From Fibrobacterales bacterium (lineage in GTDB: Bacteria > Fibrobacterota > Fibrobacteria > Fibrobacterales > JAOPTW01): 38,661 nt of DNA. Below the pieces are notes generated by a model, which was not told where the DNA came from, made no database searches, and was given only the letters and a program-made list of their open reading frames with translations. The translations under genes were made by a program, and so were the position numbers. Location: positions 1 through 38,661 of the forward strand of contig JAOPTX010000049.1 of NCBI GenBank assembly GCA_051532055.1, given 5' to 3'. Below, piece after piece: positions 20,389 through 29,227 of this stretch (the first letter of the stretch is position 1; each line of letters starts with the position of its first letter).

Positions 20389-20958
20389 ATGAAAACCCTC
20401 ATGATATGCCTTTTATTTTTTGGTACAACCTATGTACATAGCAGTGTTAATGATATTAATACCTATACCGACGCTCAATTTAGTGTTGGTGAAACTGCAC
20501 AATTATTTGGTGGAGCTCTTACAGGGGGAGTGCTTATTGGAATTGCTGGTGGTGTATTTGGATCTGCGTTCAATGAAAGTTGTGGTGACGATGATTTTAT
20601 ATGTATTCCAGGAGGGACTATTATTGGTTCAGCTCTGGGAATTGAGCTAGGTCTCATAGCGGGAACTCATATTGTAGGGCATATGCAGGGAAAAAGAAGT
20701 TCTATAATTGCAACAACTTTAGGGACTCTAATCTCAACTGTAGGGATGTTCTACTATATTCAAGCTATAAATAATATAGAGTTGACGGACTCTGCCTATT
20801 TCGTTGTGGGGAGTTCTCTTTTTGTTCTTGCTTCAGGGCCTGTATTGGGCTACACACTCTTTGCTGATGAAAAAGTGACAGCAGGGGAGACATCATTATA
20901 TTTCGATCGAACAGGGGCGCTAGGGGTGAGAACAAGTCTTATATCAATGACGTTCTAG
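20389..20958 (+). CDS. Hypothetical exported Gly-rich membrane protein
   Basis: Signal-peptide-like N-terminus, GxxxG-rich hydrophobic helices, a short Cys pair (CGDDDFIC), C-terminal Phe. Confidence 0.65.
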   Translation: MKTLMICLLFFGTTYVHSSVNDINTYTDAQFSVGETAQLFGGALTGGVLIGIAGGVFGSAFNESCGDDDFICIPGGTIIGSALGIELGLIAGTHIVGHMQGKRSSIIATTLGTLISTVGMFYYIQAINNIELTDSAYFVVGSSLFVLASGPVLGYTLFADEKVTAGETSLYFDRTGALGVRTSLISMTF

Positions 20959-20974
20959 AATAGCTCTAGCAATG

Positions 20975-21009
20975 AGAAAGGGTACCCCATTATTTGAAAT
21001 ACCCTTTCT
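20975..21009. terminator. Inverted repeat between convergent genes, possible terminator
   Basis: AGAAAGGGTA (20975-20984) / TACCCTTTCT (21000-21009) with a 15-nt loop. Confidence 0.5.
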
Positions 21010-21057
21010 AAATCTGCTATTAATAATTAAGTAGAATAAGCATGATTATGATAATGT

Positions 21058-22578
21058 CTAAATCGAAGATGATATAAGGGCAATCTTCGTCCACAGTTGA
21101 CCAGAGGGGCCATAGTTAAAACAGGCAAGTATTGATGCTTCAATTTTACTGTAACGATATTTATCTCTATCAATTGCAAAATCACAGGTATCACCTTGTT
21201 TTAAATTTTCAATTAAAGAATGATGCCATTGATTTTTGTTATAAATAAAAAGCGAATCATTATTGTATGATTGTTCTGTGGTGTAATAGCTTTTAATGTC
21301 ATAATTATTAGGATTGGCTTGCTGTTCTAAGAAATAGAGCGTGTCAATTGTATTTAATGGAGCTTGAGCAACAATAAGCTTGTATGCAAAGATGTTGTTA
21401 TTGTATTGGGTTGCATAAAATTGTGAATTGTCTTGCAAGTATGCTGAATCGGGGTCATGTTTTATTGCCCATCCATTGATTGGTGTACTTAATTTAACCC
21501 ATCGAACAAAACTGTCAGTTTCAATATACGTTGTGTCAGTAACTGAGTTGTCAGGCTCATCAACGCCCATCATAGAAAGTGAATAGACAAAATTATCATA
21601 GAGGTTATCTACCAAAGAAGTTACGGCCCAGGTGTCATTACTTTTTTCCCAGTAGATAGTATGACCAGCTGCATATTCAATATAGGTATCACCATTCTCA
21701 CCATCGGCAGCCTCAGGTTCTTGATTACCAGTATGTATTGTTGAACCCGGGTTTTGATCGGGTTCAGGAACTTTTACTTCGGTTCCATCAGTACACACAA
21801 CCCACTTGCTGGTAGTACGACTTTCAATAGAGCATGATGTTCCATCATCGCCTTTGACGCCTTTCTCACCTCTATCACCTTTGTCACCCTGGGGCCCTTG
21901 TGAACCTGTATCACCGTCATTCCCATCAACGCCCTTACCAAAATCAACCGAAGTACCATTGTCACAAGAGACTGAAACTGAATCGGTTGTCTCTGAAACA
22001 GTGCAGTTACTCCCATTCAAACCTGAAAGTCCACGCTCTCCTTTACTGCCTTGAATACCTTGTTCTCCATCATCACCATCATCACCATCTACACCAGACT
22101 CACCTGACGTTCCCTTTGGCCCAACGGTGTTAAAGCTAATTGCCCATGCTGACTCACCCTTTTCATAGACATCGCCCGTTGCAAGATTAAAGAACAGGTC
22201 ATGTTGAATACCAATAGCATTTAATGGTGCAGCATCACCAGAATATATGGTTACGCCATTGTATGAAGCGGGTTCTGGCTGTGTATTAGGTATTGGTGTG
22301 CCTTGCTCACTTTTCAGTGAAATAACAATGTATTTTTCGCCATCACAATACTGAAGAGTTCCTTCGGATTGCACATAAAATAGGAGTGCGGTTAATTCTG
22401 GTGAACAGAGGGGTAATGTCTCTAGGGAGCTTGTAATTCGAGCACCATATAATTGCGCAGGACTAAGAGGTTGTTCTACTTCGGCTACAGGGGCAGCAGG
22501 ATTTGTTGCAGAAGAACGATCACATGATGAGAGTAAAGCCAATCCAGATAGAATTGTGGCGGTAACAAGTGCTTTCAT
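21058..22578 (-). CDS. Collagen-like (GXY repeat) surface lipoprotein
   Basis: Start moved from 22671 to 22578 so the protein begins with the signal peptide MKALVTATILSGLALLSSC. Two GXY blocks, each followed by an SC..C module. Confidence 0.8.
   Translation of the reverse strand: MKALVTATILSGLALLSSCDRSSATNPAAPVAEVEQPLSPAQLYGARITSSLETLPLCSPELTALLFYVQSEGTLQYCDGEKYIVISLKSEQGTPIPNTQPEPASYNGVTIYSGDAAPLNAIGIQHDLFFNLATGDVYEKGESAWAISFNTVGPKGTSGESGVDGDDGDDGEQGIQGSKGERGLSGLNGSNCTVSETTDSVSVSCDNGTSVDFGKGVDGNDGDTGSQGPQGDKGDRGEKGVKGDDGTSCSIESRTTSKWVVCTDGTEVKVPEPDQNPGSTIHTGNQEPEAADGENGDTYIEYAAGHTIYWEKSNDTWAVTSLVDNLYDNFVYSLSMMGVDEPDNSVTDTTYIETDSFVRWVKLSTPINGWAIKHDPDSAYLQDNSQFYATQYNNNIFAYKLIVAQAPLNTIDTLYFLEQQANPNNYDIKSYYTTEQSYNNDSLFIYNKNQWHHSLIENLKQGDTCDFAIDRDKYRYSKIEASILACFNYGPSGQLWTKIALISSSI
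21841..22122 (-). repeat. Two collagen Gly-X-Y tracts
   Basis: 22122-22012 encodes GPKGTSGESGVDGDDGDDGEQGIQGSKGERGLSGLNG (12 triplets); 21933-21841 encodes GVDGNDGDTGSQGPQGDKGDRGEKGVKGDDG (10 triplets). Confidence 0.9.
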
Positions 22579-22706
22579 TAAGAATCCATTATAGGGGTAA
22601 ATTCTGTCCATAAGGATAGGAATATTGTCTTCATATTTATAGTTGTTTGGGGTATTTAACAAGAAATTCACTATGTTTTTAAGGTCAAATACCTCAAAAT
22701 GTGTTA

Positions 22707-22736
22707 TTGCAAGGCTTCAAAAAGCATAGGTATACT
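22707..22736 (+). promoter_or_regulatory. Putative sigma70-type promoter for the GH16 gene
   Basis: TTGCAA (22707-22712), 18-bp spacer, TATACT (22731-22736). Confidence 0.4.
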
Positions 22737-22884
22737 TAAATTATCCAAGAGACCCAAAAAAATCCAAAAAATAATTTGTTAATCACCATCTTATAGTGTA
22801 AGTTGTCTCAGTACACAATAATCGTAGTGTATTCAATGCTCCCCTATAGGCACTCTGAATACACTCTATTCTTAGGGGTAAGAA

Positions 22885-24438
22885 TTGAGGGCATTTTCAT
22901 CAGTTTTAACATCAAATGCAGTCTTTGTTACTGCAGCATTAACGTTAACACATTTGGGACTTTCTGGATGTGTGAAAGATACATCAGTAGATGTGAGACA
23001 GCCAGTAGTGGCATCATCAAATTCACATATAAATGTATCATCGGTTGTGGGACCCATATCATCCATAGCTCAGCAAAGCAGTTCGCAGAGTAAGGTTTCT
23101 TCTTCTAGCACTCCTGGTGATCAAGCCGGGAAAGTATCAAGTGCGATAGAAAAAGGATCAAGCTCAGAGCCTACAAAAGATGGGTCAAGTGTCAGCATGC
23201 TCTCTTCATCGCAACAATCGGGGTTTGAAGATCTTGATTATTATACCCTTCCTGGAGGTTGGACACTGGTGTGGGAGGACGATTTTTCGGGGTCTGCACT
23301 GAATGATAATAATTGGAATACTGAAGAACATCGAGCGGGATGGGTGAATAATGAGTCGCAACGGTATGTCAAAGGGCATGATACACCTGGCTCAAACATA
23401 TGGGTCGAAGACGGGCATTTAGTGATTGAGGCACGGTCAGAGGCTAATGGAGAAATTACTTCGGGGAGATTGAATTCTCGTCATAAACAAAAATGGCTCT
23501 ACGGTAAATTTGAAGCTCGAGCAAAAATGCCGGGGGGAAATGGTACCTGGCCAGCTATATGGGCTATGTCAGACACTGAATCATATGGGAGCTGGCCTAA
23601 ATCGGGAGAGATTGATATCGTAGAGTTTTTGGGAAAAGATCCGCGGCGGGTCAATTTTACCATTCACTGTGATACTTATGTTCATTCAAAAGGAAACGCC
23701 ATTGAGGCCCATTCGGAGATAGATAACCTTACAACAGAATTTCATACCTTTGGTATGGAGTGGACCCCCGATGAGATTCGAGGATATGTTGATGGAGTCC
23801 AGTATTATACTTTTAAAAACGAAGGCAAGGGCTGGAACAGTTGGCCCTTTGATAAAGAATTTTATTGGCTCATTAATATCGCTATGGGTGGTTGGGGAGG
23901 AGCAATTGATGACAGCACTTTGCCTGCTCGTATGGAGGTTGATTATGTGCGGGTATGGCAGCAGGGAGAAAACCTACAGAAGCCTTCCACAGGAGGAGAC
24001 CTAACTCTCTATCCCTTGACTGATTTTACTGCCGTAACCGCGACTGGGTATGTTCCGTATTTTGAAGAGGATAATAACAGTGCCATAGCAGTTGATCCTG
24101 ATGAATATCCCAATGGTGTTGCAGCTGCTTCAGCAACATTTACTGGAGAGAGTGGAACATATGATATCACTATAACAACGCTACTTGAAAATGATGGTGA
24201 GCCCACTTATGCAATTTTAGTGGATGGAATGGATAGGGGGAGTTTTACCAATCCAACATCTTCAGGAGGATTTACTCCATATACCCATACGTGGAAAGGG
24301 GTCTCCATTAATAAAGGGGGCACGCTTTTTATCGAGTTTAATAGTAACTCAAATGGCGATGTATTGATGGATGATGGAACACCTGATTGGGCTAAAGGCC
24401 GTTGGACACGCCTTGATTTTAAGCAGGTATCAGAGTAA
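22885..24438 (+). CDS. GH16 beta-1,3-glucanase (laminarinase-like) lipoprotein with C-terminal CBM-like domain
   Basis: TTG start, lipobox LSGC, Ser-rich linker, WTLVWEDDF, GWVNNESQ, YGKFEARAKMP, TWPAIW, catalytic GEIDIVE, WPFDKEFY, MEVDYVRVWQ. Confidence 0.92.
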   Translation: MRAFSSVLTSNAVFVTAALTLTHLGLSGCVKDTSVDVRQPVVASSNSHINVSSVVGPISSIAQQSSSQSKVSSSSTPGDQAGKVSSAIEKGSSSEPTKDGSSVSMLSSSQQSGFEDLDYYTLPGGWTLVWEDDFSGSALNDNNWNTEEHRAGWVNNESQRYVKGHDTPGSNIWVEDGHLVIEARSEANGEITSGRLNSRHKQKWLYGKFEARAKMPGGNGTWPAIWAMSDTESYGSWPKSGEIDIVEFLGKDPRRVNFTIHCDTYVHSKGNAIEAHSEIDNLTTEFHTFGMEWTPDEIRGYVDGVQYYTFKNEGKGWNSWPFDKEFYWLINIAMGGWGGAIDDSTLPARMEVDYVRVWQQGENLQKPSTGGDLTLYPLTDFTAVTATGYVPYFEEDNNSAIAVDPDEYPNGVAAASATFTGESGTYDITITTLLENDGEPTYAILVDGMDRGSFTNPTSSGGFTPYTHTWKGVSINKGGTLFIEFNSNSNGDVLMDDGTPDWAKGRWTRLDFKQVSE

Positions 24439-24457
24439 ATCAGATACCTGTTATTTA
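24424..24457. terminator. Hairpin overlapping the GH16 stop codon, probable terminator
   Basis: CAGGTATC (24424-24431) / GATACCTG (24443-24450) followed by TTATTT, between convergent genes. Confidence 0.55.
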
Positions 24458-24474
24458 TGTTGTTCTATTATTTG

Positions 24475-25161
24475 TTAGTGCCCGACATTGTTAAAGGGAG
24501 CATTATTCAATATCTTTTTTAATGAGTAATATACGAGTTGTTGCCAATCATTTCGGTCAACATAAAAACTAGCACTTTGGGAGCTTTTCGTTTTCCCAAA
24601 AGTAACGGTTTCAGATGTAGCGCAGTCATAAATAAGGTAGTCATACTCTAATACAAACTCACGAGAAGTACTCATAGTGGTACCATTGTAATAGGTAGTA
24701 ACAACAAATCCAAATTTCAAATTTTTAACAGAGAGTAAGTAAGTGTTTTCGAGCTCTGGAGTACTTCCTTTTTTAGGGACTGCAAAGCTAAATCTAAAAT
24801 TTTGTTTAGGACTCGTTTCACTCATTGTTTTTGTTGGAACAGTCTTGTTAAAGACGTTACTTAAGTCTATAACAGGGTGTGTATCCATGTATTTTTTGAG
24901 TGCTGCATTAAAAAACTTATTGAGGGTGTCAGCTGCAAGCTTTTTTGGGGTCCCCTGTTTTCCTTTTAAGTCAAAATCATCTGTGAAATGCTCGAAATCA
25001 ATAGAGATTATTTCAAAGGGGGCAATAGGCTTAAAGCCGATAGGCTTAGTTGAGTTTGGGGTGTAGGTGTAGTTTGGGTTTTTAAAATGGGTTACTGCTC
25101 CACATCCAATAAAGAGGATCGAACTGATACAGATTAGGGTGATATAGGATAAAATTTTCAT
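24475..25161 (-). CDS. Hypothetical lipoprotein
   Basis: Start moved from 25194 to ATG 25161: MKILSYITLICISSILFIGC is a typical lipoprotein signal. No family recognised. Confidence 0.7.
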   Translation of the reverse strand: MKILSYITLICISSILFIGCGAVTHFKNPNYTYTPNSTKPIGFKPIAPFEIISIDFEHFTDDFDLKGKQGTPKKLAADTLNKFFNAALKKYMDTHPVIDLSNVFNKTVPTKTMSETSPKQNFRFSFAVPKKGSTPELENTYLLSVKNLKFGFVVTTYYNGTTMSTSREFVLEYDYLIYDCATSETVTFGKTKSSQSASFYVDRNDWQQLVYYSLKKILNNAPFNNVGH

Positions 25162-25342
25162 GTATTCTCTCATAGTATAGGGGATAATAAGCAAATGTAG
25201 GGTGTTAGGGGCAATTTGTCAGCCTTGAATAGTGGGTATAGTAAAAATGCACCTGATTAAATATAACAGATCGATTAGATGGATGGGTACTGAGTAGAAC
25301 GTAAATTTTCCCCTAAGAACACAAGTAAGAAGGGGGGCGACC

Positions 25343-25370
25343 TTGATTCCCCTCTAGAAGTAGGTATATT
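25343..25370 (+). promoter_or_regulatory. Putative sigma70-type promoter for the HNH-like gene
   Basis: TTGATT (25343-25348), 16-bp spacer, TATATT (25365-25370); GGAG RBS before ATG 25393. Confidence 0.45.
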
Positions 25371-25392
25371 TGGCCTTTCTTACGGAGACTCG

Positions 25393-26214
25393 ATGTCAGA
25401 GATCGAAAAAAAATCAGACAGTGAAATTAAATCAGAGATCGAAACGAAGCCAGAGATCGAATCAAAAATAGAGATCGAAACGAAGGCTGAAGTCGAATCA
25501 AAACCAGAGACCGAATCCAATACAGAGATTGAAAAAAAGCCTACAAAAGGTGAAGTTCTTGCAGAAATCAAGCGAGTAGCTGCACAGTACAATTTTGAGT
25601 ATTTTCAAAAACGTCAATTTAGCTATCACGCTGAAGGCATGGATTGTAAAGAAGTTGCGCGTACTTTTGGCTCTTGGAAAAAAGGTTTGATTGCTGCTGG
25701 TGTAACAAGTTTTCCTGATAAAGTAAAGAAAAAGAAAAAACATCGTCAAGAAGCGACCTACGAGACTCTTCTTGTTGAGCTTATCAGAGTATGGATGGAT
25801 CTGGGTAAAATGCCTGAAGAGAGTGAGTGGAAAGAGCATTCTACATTATTTCCTACTTTTCTCTATAGCAAAGTATTTGGATCATGGGAAAAAGCGACTG
25901 AAGAGGCGAAAAAAATGCCTGAGGCTGTTATGGAGATCGTCACTCCTGTAGAAGATGAGGACGCAGAAAATAAACCAAATACTTCTATGTTTCACCGTCA
26001 CACGATTCCCGAAAAGCTTGAAGAAAAAGTGCTTGCACGTGAGCGTAAAAAGTGTGGCAATTGTGGACGTATCGAAATTGAAGAAGAGGGTGTCACGGTT
26101 AAAGTAGTCTATATTAAGTCTCCATCAAAAGGTGGAAAACTTGTTATGTCTAACCTCAAGACCCTCTGTAATATTTGTATCGACGAGTCTAAATCTCGTC
26201 GACGTTGGTATTAA
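25393..26214 (+). CDS. HNH-endonuclease-like protein with two homing-endonuclease-associated repeats, apparently inactive
   Basis: Two FGSW helical repeats (RTFGSWKKGLIAAG, KVFGSWEKA) and a C-terminal CGNCG...SKGG....NLKTLCNIC zinc-finger/HNH scaffold. Confidence 0.72.
   Translation: MSEIEKKSDSEIKSEIETKPEIESKIEIETKAEVESKPETESNTEIEKKPTKGEVLAEIKRVAAQYNFEYFQKRQFSYHAEGMDCKEVARTFGSWKKGLIAAGVTSFPDKVKKKKKHRQEATYETLLVELIRVWMDLGKMPEESEWKEHSTLFPTFLYSKVFGSWEKATEEAKKMPEAVMEIVTPVEDEDAENKPNTSMFHRHTIPEKLEEKVLARERKKCGNCGRIEIEEEGVTVKVVYIKSPSKGGKLVMSNLKTLCNICIDESKSRRRWY
25399..25542 (+). repeat. Degenerate in-frame 18-bp tandem repeat, 8 units
   Basis: Units such as GAGATCGAAACGAAGCCA and GAGATCGAATCAAAAATA encode EIEKKS DSEIKS EIETKP EIESKI EIETKA EVESKP ETESNT EIEKKP. 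Confidence 0.85.
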
Positions 26215-26220
26215 GAGCTG

Positions 26221-27636
26221 CTAGCTCAGCTCTTTTTTACTTAAATACATAGTACATTCAGGGCAGAATGATTTCATCTGTTTCCATTGGCCCGTAGACC
26301 AGTGCATAACACATATATCGGTGGTAGCATTGGTTGGTGATCGTAAGTCTTTTGCTTCATCATAGGTGGTGCCAAATGTACAATGTTCACCTTGGCCACC
26401 TTGACCCGTATGATAGGTTGTGGCACTCGGACTTACCATATTGAGCCCATGACCTAATTCGTGTGCAATAGTTGCAGCAATACCTTCCATAGCATCATCG
26501 GTAGCGCATAAAATATTCATACCACCATTATTCCAGCCACCAAGCTCCTTACCAAACTCAAAACGGTGCACCTCTACATCTACATTGAATTCAGAACCAT
26601 CAGCAACACCATCAGGGTTATTATCGGGATAATAGATGGCGTTCCTGAGGTCGAGTATTATGGCGTTATCTGACTCAAATTCCCATGCAGCAGCGAATGA
26701 TGGCCCAATTTGTTGATCACGACCTTTGAGGTGCTTATCCCCAATATAGAGCTCTTTTAAACCGCCCACTTTTTCACCGTTGTACGTTATGGCATCTCCG
26801 AGTCTAAATTGAGTGGCTCTTTCAGATTCGGGTAAAAAGAGGCGCATTTTATAACCATCAACAATGGTAAACATATCAAGTAATTTTTCGTCATTAAAAG
26901 ACTCGAGGGTGTCACAACTTGCGGGCTCATTATAGACTTCTGTTTTAACACCGAGCTTCTTAAATTCGAAGGTAGTGGCATTTACCTTTTTAATAACAAA
27001 CCGATACTTTTTAAATACGTTGTACCATTCTTTTTTCTTTACGGTAACAGTCGCTTGAGAGCGACACATCATTTTTTCAATGACCGTTCCTTTTTCTACT
27101 TCTTGTACCCCTTTGGTGAGGGTCTTTTCTTTAACCTTTTTACTTCCAGGGAGAACCTCTATGCCTGCAGGAGCAAAATAATCTTTTACTTTTGACAGAG
27201 CTGAGTTGACTTTTGAGTAGATTGCCTTATTAAAATCGTTATCCTCTGTTGTAATATCGAGGTTGAGGTAATATCGTTGTTTGGCGGTAACATTTTTAAT
27301 TGCTACCGCTTCTTGGCCAGGGTATGCTGCCTTAAGGTGATAGGTAACATTATTAATGGGAGCCATAACAAATCGTTTAAAATGATAATCTTTGTCGTTC
27401 TTTGGGGCAGAAATATCATCTTTAAATTTGGCTTTTTCTGTCACAGTATCTTTTAGGTGTTCTGGACAGTTTTCTGTGCTATAGCTCCATGTTACTTCGG
27501 GTTCCTCCCCTTTTCCTTTTGTTTTTTTTACGCGCACTTGAATATCACAACCAAAAATAGTCGCATTTTCAGATCTTTTGTTGGCGTACTTTATATTGAG
27601 TACACGGTCTCGGTGACTGAGTTTTGTATGGGGCAT
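26221..27636 (-). CDS. Hypothetical protein with C-terminal HExxH zinc-metallopeptidase-like domain
   Basis: 471 aa. TIAHELGHGLNM followed by GEHC, ICVMHW and FCPEC. No signal peptide. AAGGA RBS. Confidence 0.7.
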   Translation of the reverse strand: MPHTKLSHRDRVLNIKYANKRSENATIFGCDIQVRVKKTKGKGEEPEVTWSYSTENCPEHLKDTVTEKAKFKDDISAPKNDKDYHFKRFVMAPINNVTYHLKAAYPGQEAVAIKNVTAKQRYYLNLDITTEDNDFNKAIYSKVNSALSKVKDYFAPAGIEVLPGSKKVKEKTLTKGVQEVEKGTVIEKMMCRSQATVTVKKKEWYNVFKKYRFVIKKVNATTFEFKKLGVKTEVYNEPASCDTLESFNDEKLLDMFTIVDGYKMRLFLPESERATQFRLGDAITYNGEKVGGLKELYIGDKHLKGRDQQIGPSFAAAWEFESDNAIILDLRNAIYYPDNNPDGVADGSEFNVDVEVHRFEFGKELGGWNNGGMNILCATDDAMEGIAATIAHELGHGLNMVSPSATTYHTGQGGQGEHCTFGTTYDEAKDLRSPTNATTDICVMHWSTGQWKQMKSFCPECTMYLSKKELS

Positions 27637-27667
27637 AGTGATTATTCCTTATGTAGATTGGAAAGGG

Positions 27668-29227
27668 TTAGAGTATTGTGTCATCGTCATCATCATCGTC
27701 ATTTTCAACGGTCCATTGCGCTATTGGAGACGCTTCTTTTGTATCATACTGAGCTTCATTCTCGTCGTTATCATCATCTTCTTCAACAGTCCATAAAGGG
27801 ATCGCTTCAGCAGTTTCACTTTTGTATTCAGCTTCATCTTCATTTTCGTCTTCACCCGAAATATCCCAATTACTTAACACTGCTCCTTTAACTTCAAGTA
27901 ATGTTAATTGGGTGAGAGTAGCGTCATAGGTAGTCACTGCTGACTGATCCATTTCTGGGCTTGCAGCTGGAAGTTGAGGAGGATTGGGAGAATCGTGAAA
28001 ATGTATTTCGACTCTCGTATCATCCTCTGATTTTAAGCCAAAAAGGGAAATGGAGTCTTTGGGGAAGAGGGAACTACAAGGAAAAAATCCTTGAGTATCA
28101 GAGCTTACGCGAACGACAGTACGCTCCTCTTTACAATCAGCGCCATCAAATATATAACTGCGGATTATGGTGAGAAAGGCATTCCACGTGTCGCTATTGA
28201 GTTCTCCTGACTCCTGTATAGAAGTAGAGTACCGTTGATTAAAGCCTTGTTGAAAGCGAATCAATGCCGTTTTTGCACTGCCATCTTGAGAATCAATATT
28301 GGTATCCCAATTATGGTTACTATGCAATGTATTTAAAATGGTTTCATAGACAGTAGAATTACTCTCTGAATCGGTAACCTTTTTCCAAAGGGTAGTATCG
28401 CCTGTAAGCAGAGCGAGTACACCTTGGGCACGTAACTCAGAGAGAGAATAGTCTTTTGAATTGTCAGTTGTCTCTGCACTATGAGCATAGACCGTTAACT
28501 CTTTATCAGGCCATGAGTCTAGATAACGGATGCTCCCGCAGAGGGCGTCCAATAAAATATTTTCACCATCGAAAGAAGGGACTGCACACCCAGGAGTAAA
28601 TATGCTACTCGGGATTTCGATCACGCTATTATTATAAAGCACTTTGGGGAGCTCTAACAGGGGGCTGGTTATGATTGAGTCATCTTGCATACACTCAGCG
28701 GTAAAACTATACTGGATCACGTCTCCTTTGCTTTTGTTTTTTTCAAAATAGAAACCCATATGCTGAAAAATTTCAGCAGTAACTTTTGCAATACCATTGT
28801 GAATAGTACCAACTAATGGTGAACTTGTTTCGATAACCCCATTAAAATCTGCAGTGAGAGTAAAGGTGATTTCACTTGGATGGCGGTCGGTGAGAAAAGC
28901 AACCTCTACTTTGAGGTCGGTAGTGTCATAAATACTGATGGTATCAGCATCGGTAATAATTGGATTACTGAGGGTAACAAGGAGTTCCTGTACTTCTTCA
29001 GGAGGTTCTTCCTCTACTGAATTTTCTGGAGTATTCTCAGCTGATTGGTCTGTGTTTTGACTTTCACTACTCTTTGGAGAAGAAGCAGCAGGACTCGATG
29101 ATGACATTCCGCCTCCTCCTCCACCTCCGCCCGATCTATGTGAACTTGTTCCAGAGTAGAATGCATCAGTATTTTCTAAAGATGAATGGTCGAGCCGTGA
29201 GCGATGGCTATCTGAGTCTTGAAACAT
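27668..29227 (-). CDS. Acidic protein with degenerate OmpA-C-like domain and inserted peptidoglycan-binding-like motif
   Basis: Start moved from 29338 to ATG 29227 (GGGAGGGG RBS). LTVYAHS...YSLSELRAQGV and FFPCSSLFP...TRVEIHF resemble OmpA-C; ALIRFQQ...SGELNSDTW resembles PG_binding_1. Confidence 0.6.
   Translation of the reverse strand: MFQDSDSHRSRLDHSSLENTDAFYSGTSSHRSGGGGGGGGMSSSSPAASSPKSSESQNTDQSAENTPENSVEEEPPEEVQELLVTLSNPIITDADTISIYDTTDLKVEVAFLTDRHPSEITFTLTADFNGVIETSSPLVGTIHNGIAKVTAEIFQHMGFYFEKNKSKGDVIQYSFTAECMQDDSIITSPLLELPKVLYNNSVIEIPSSIFTPGCAVPSFDGENILLDALCGSIRYLDSWPDKELTVYAHSAETTDNSKDYSLSELRAQGVLALLTGDTTLWKKVTDSESNSTVYETILNTLHSNHNWDTNIDSQDGSAKTALIRFQQGFNQRYSTSIQESGELNSDTWNAFLTIIRSYIFDGADCKEERTVVRVSSDTQGFFPCSSLFPKDSISLFGLKSEDDTRVEIHFHDSPNPPQLPAASPEMDQSAVTTYDATLTQLTLLEVKGAVLSNWDISGEDENEDEAEYKSETAEAIPLWTVEEDDDNDENEAQYDTKEASPIAQWTVENDDDDDDDTIL

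Noticed and set aside
25399..25542. Possible CRISPR array
   Set aside because: Contiguous degenerate 18-mers with no spacers, in frame within a CDS; no cas genes in the window.
27457..27891. His-rich 144-aa + strand ORF
   Set aside because: Antisense shadow of the Asp-rich (GAT/GAC) tail of the minus-strand gene.
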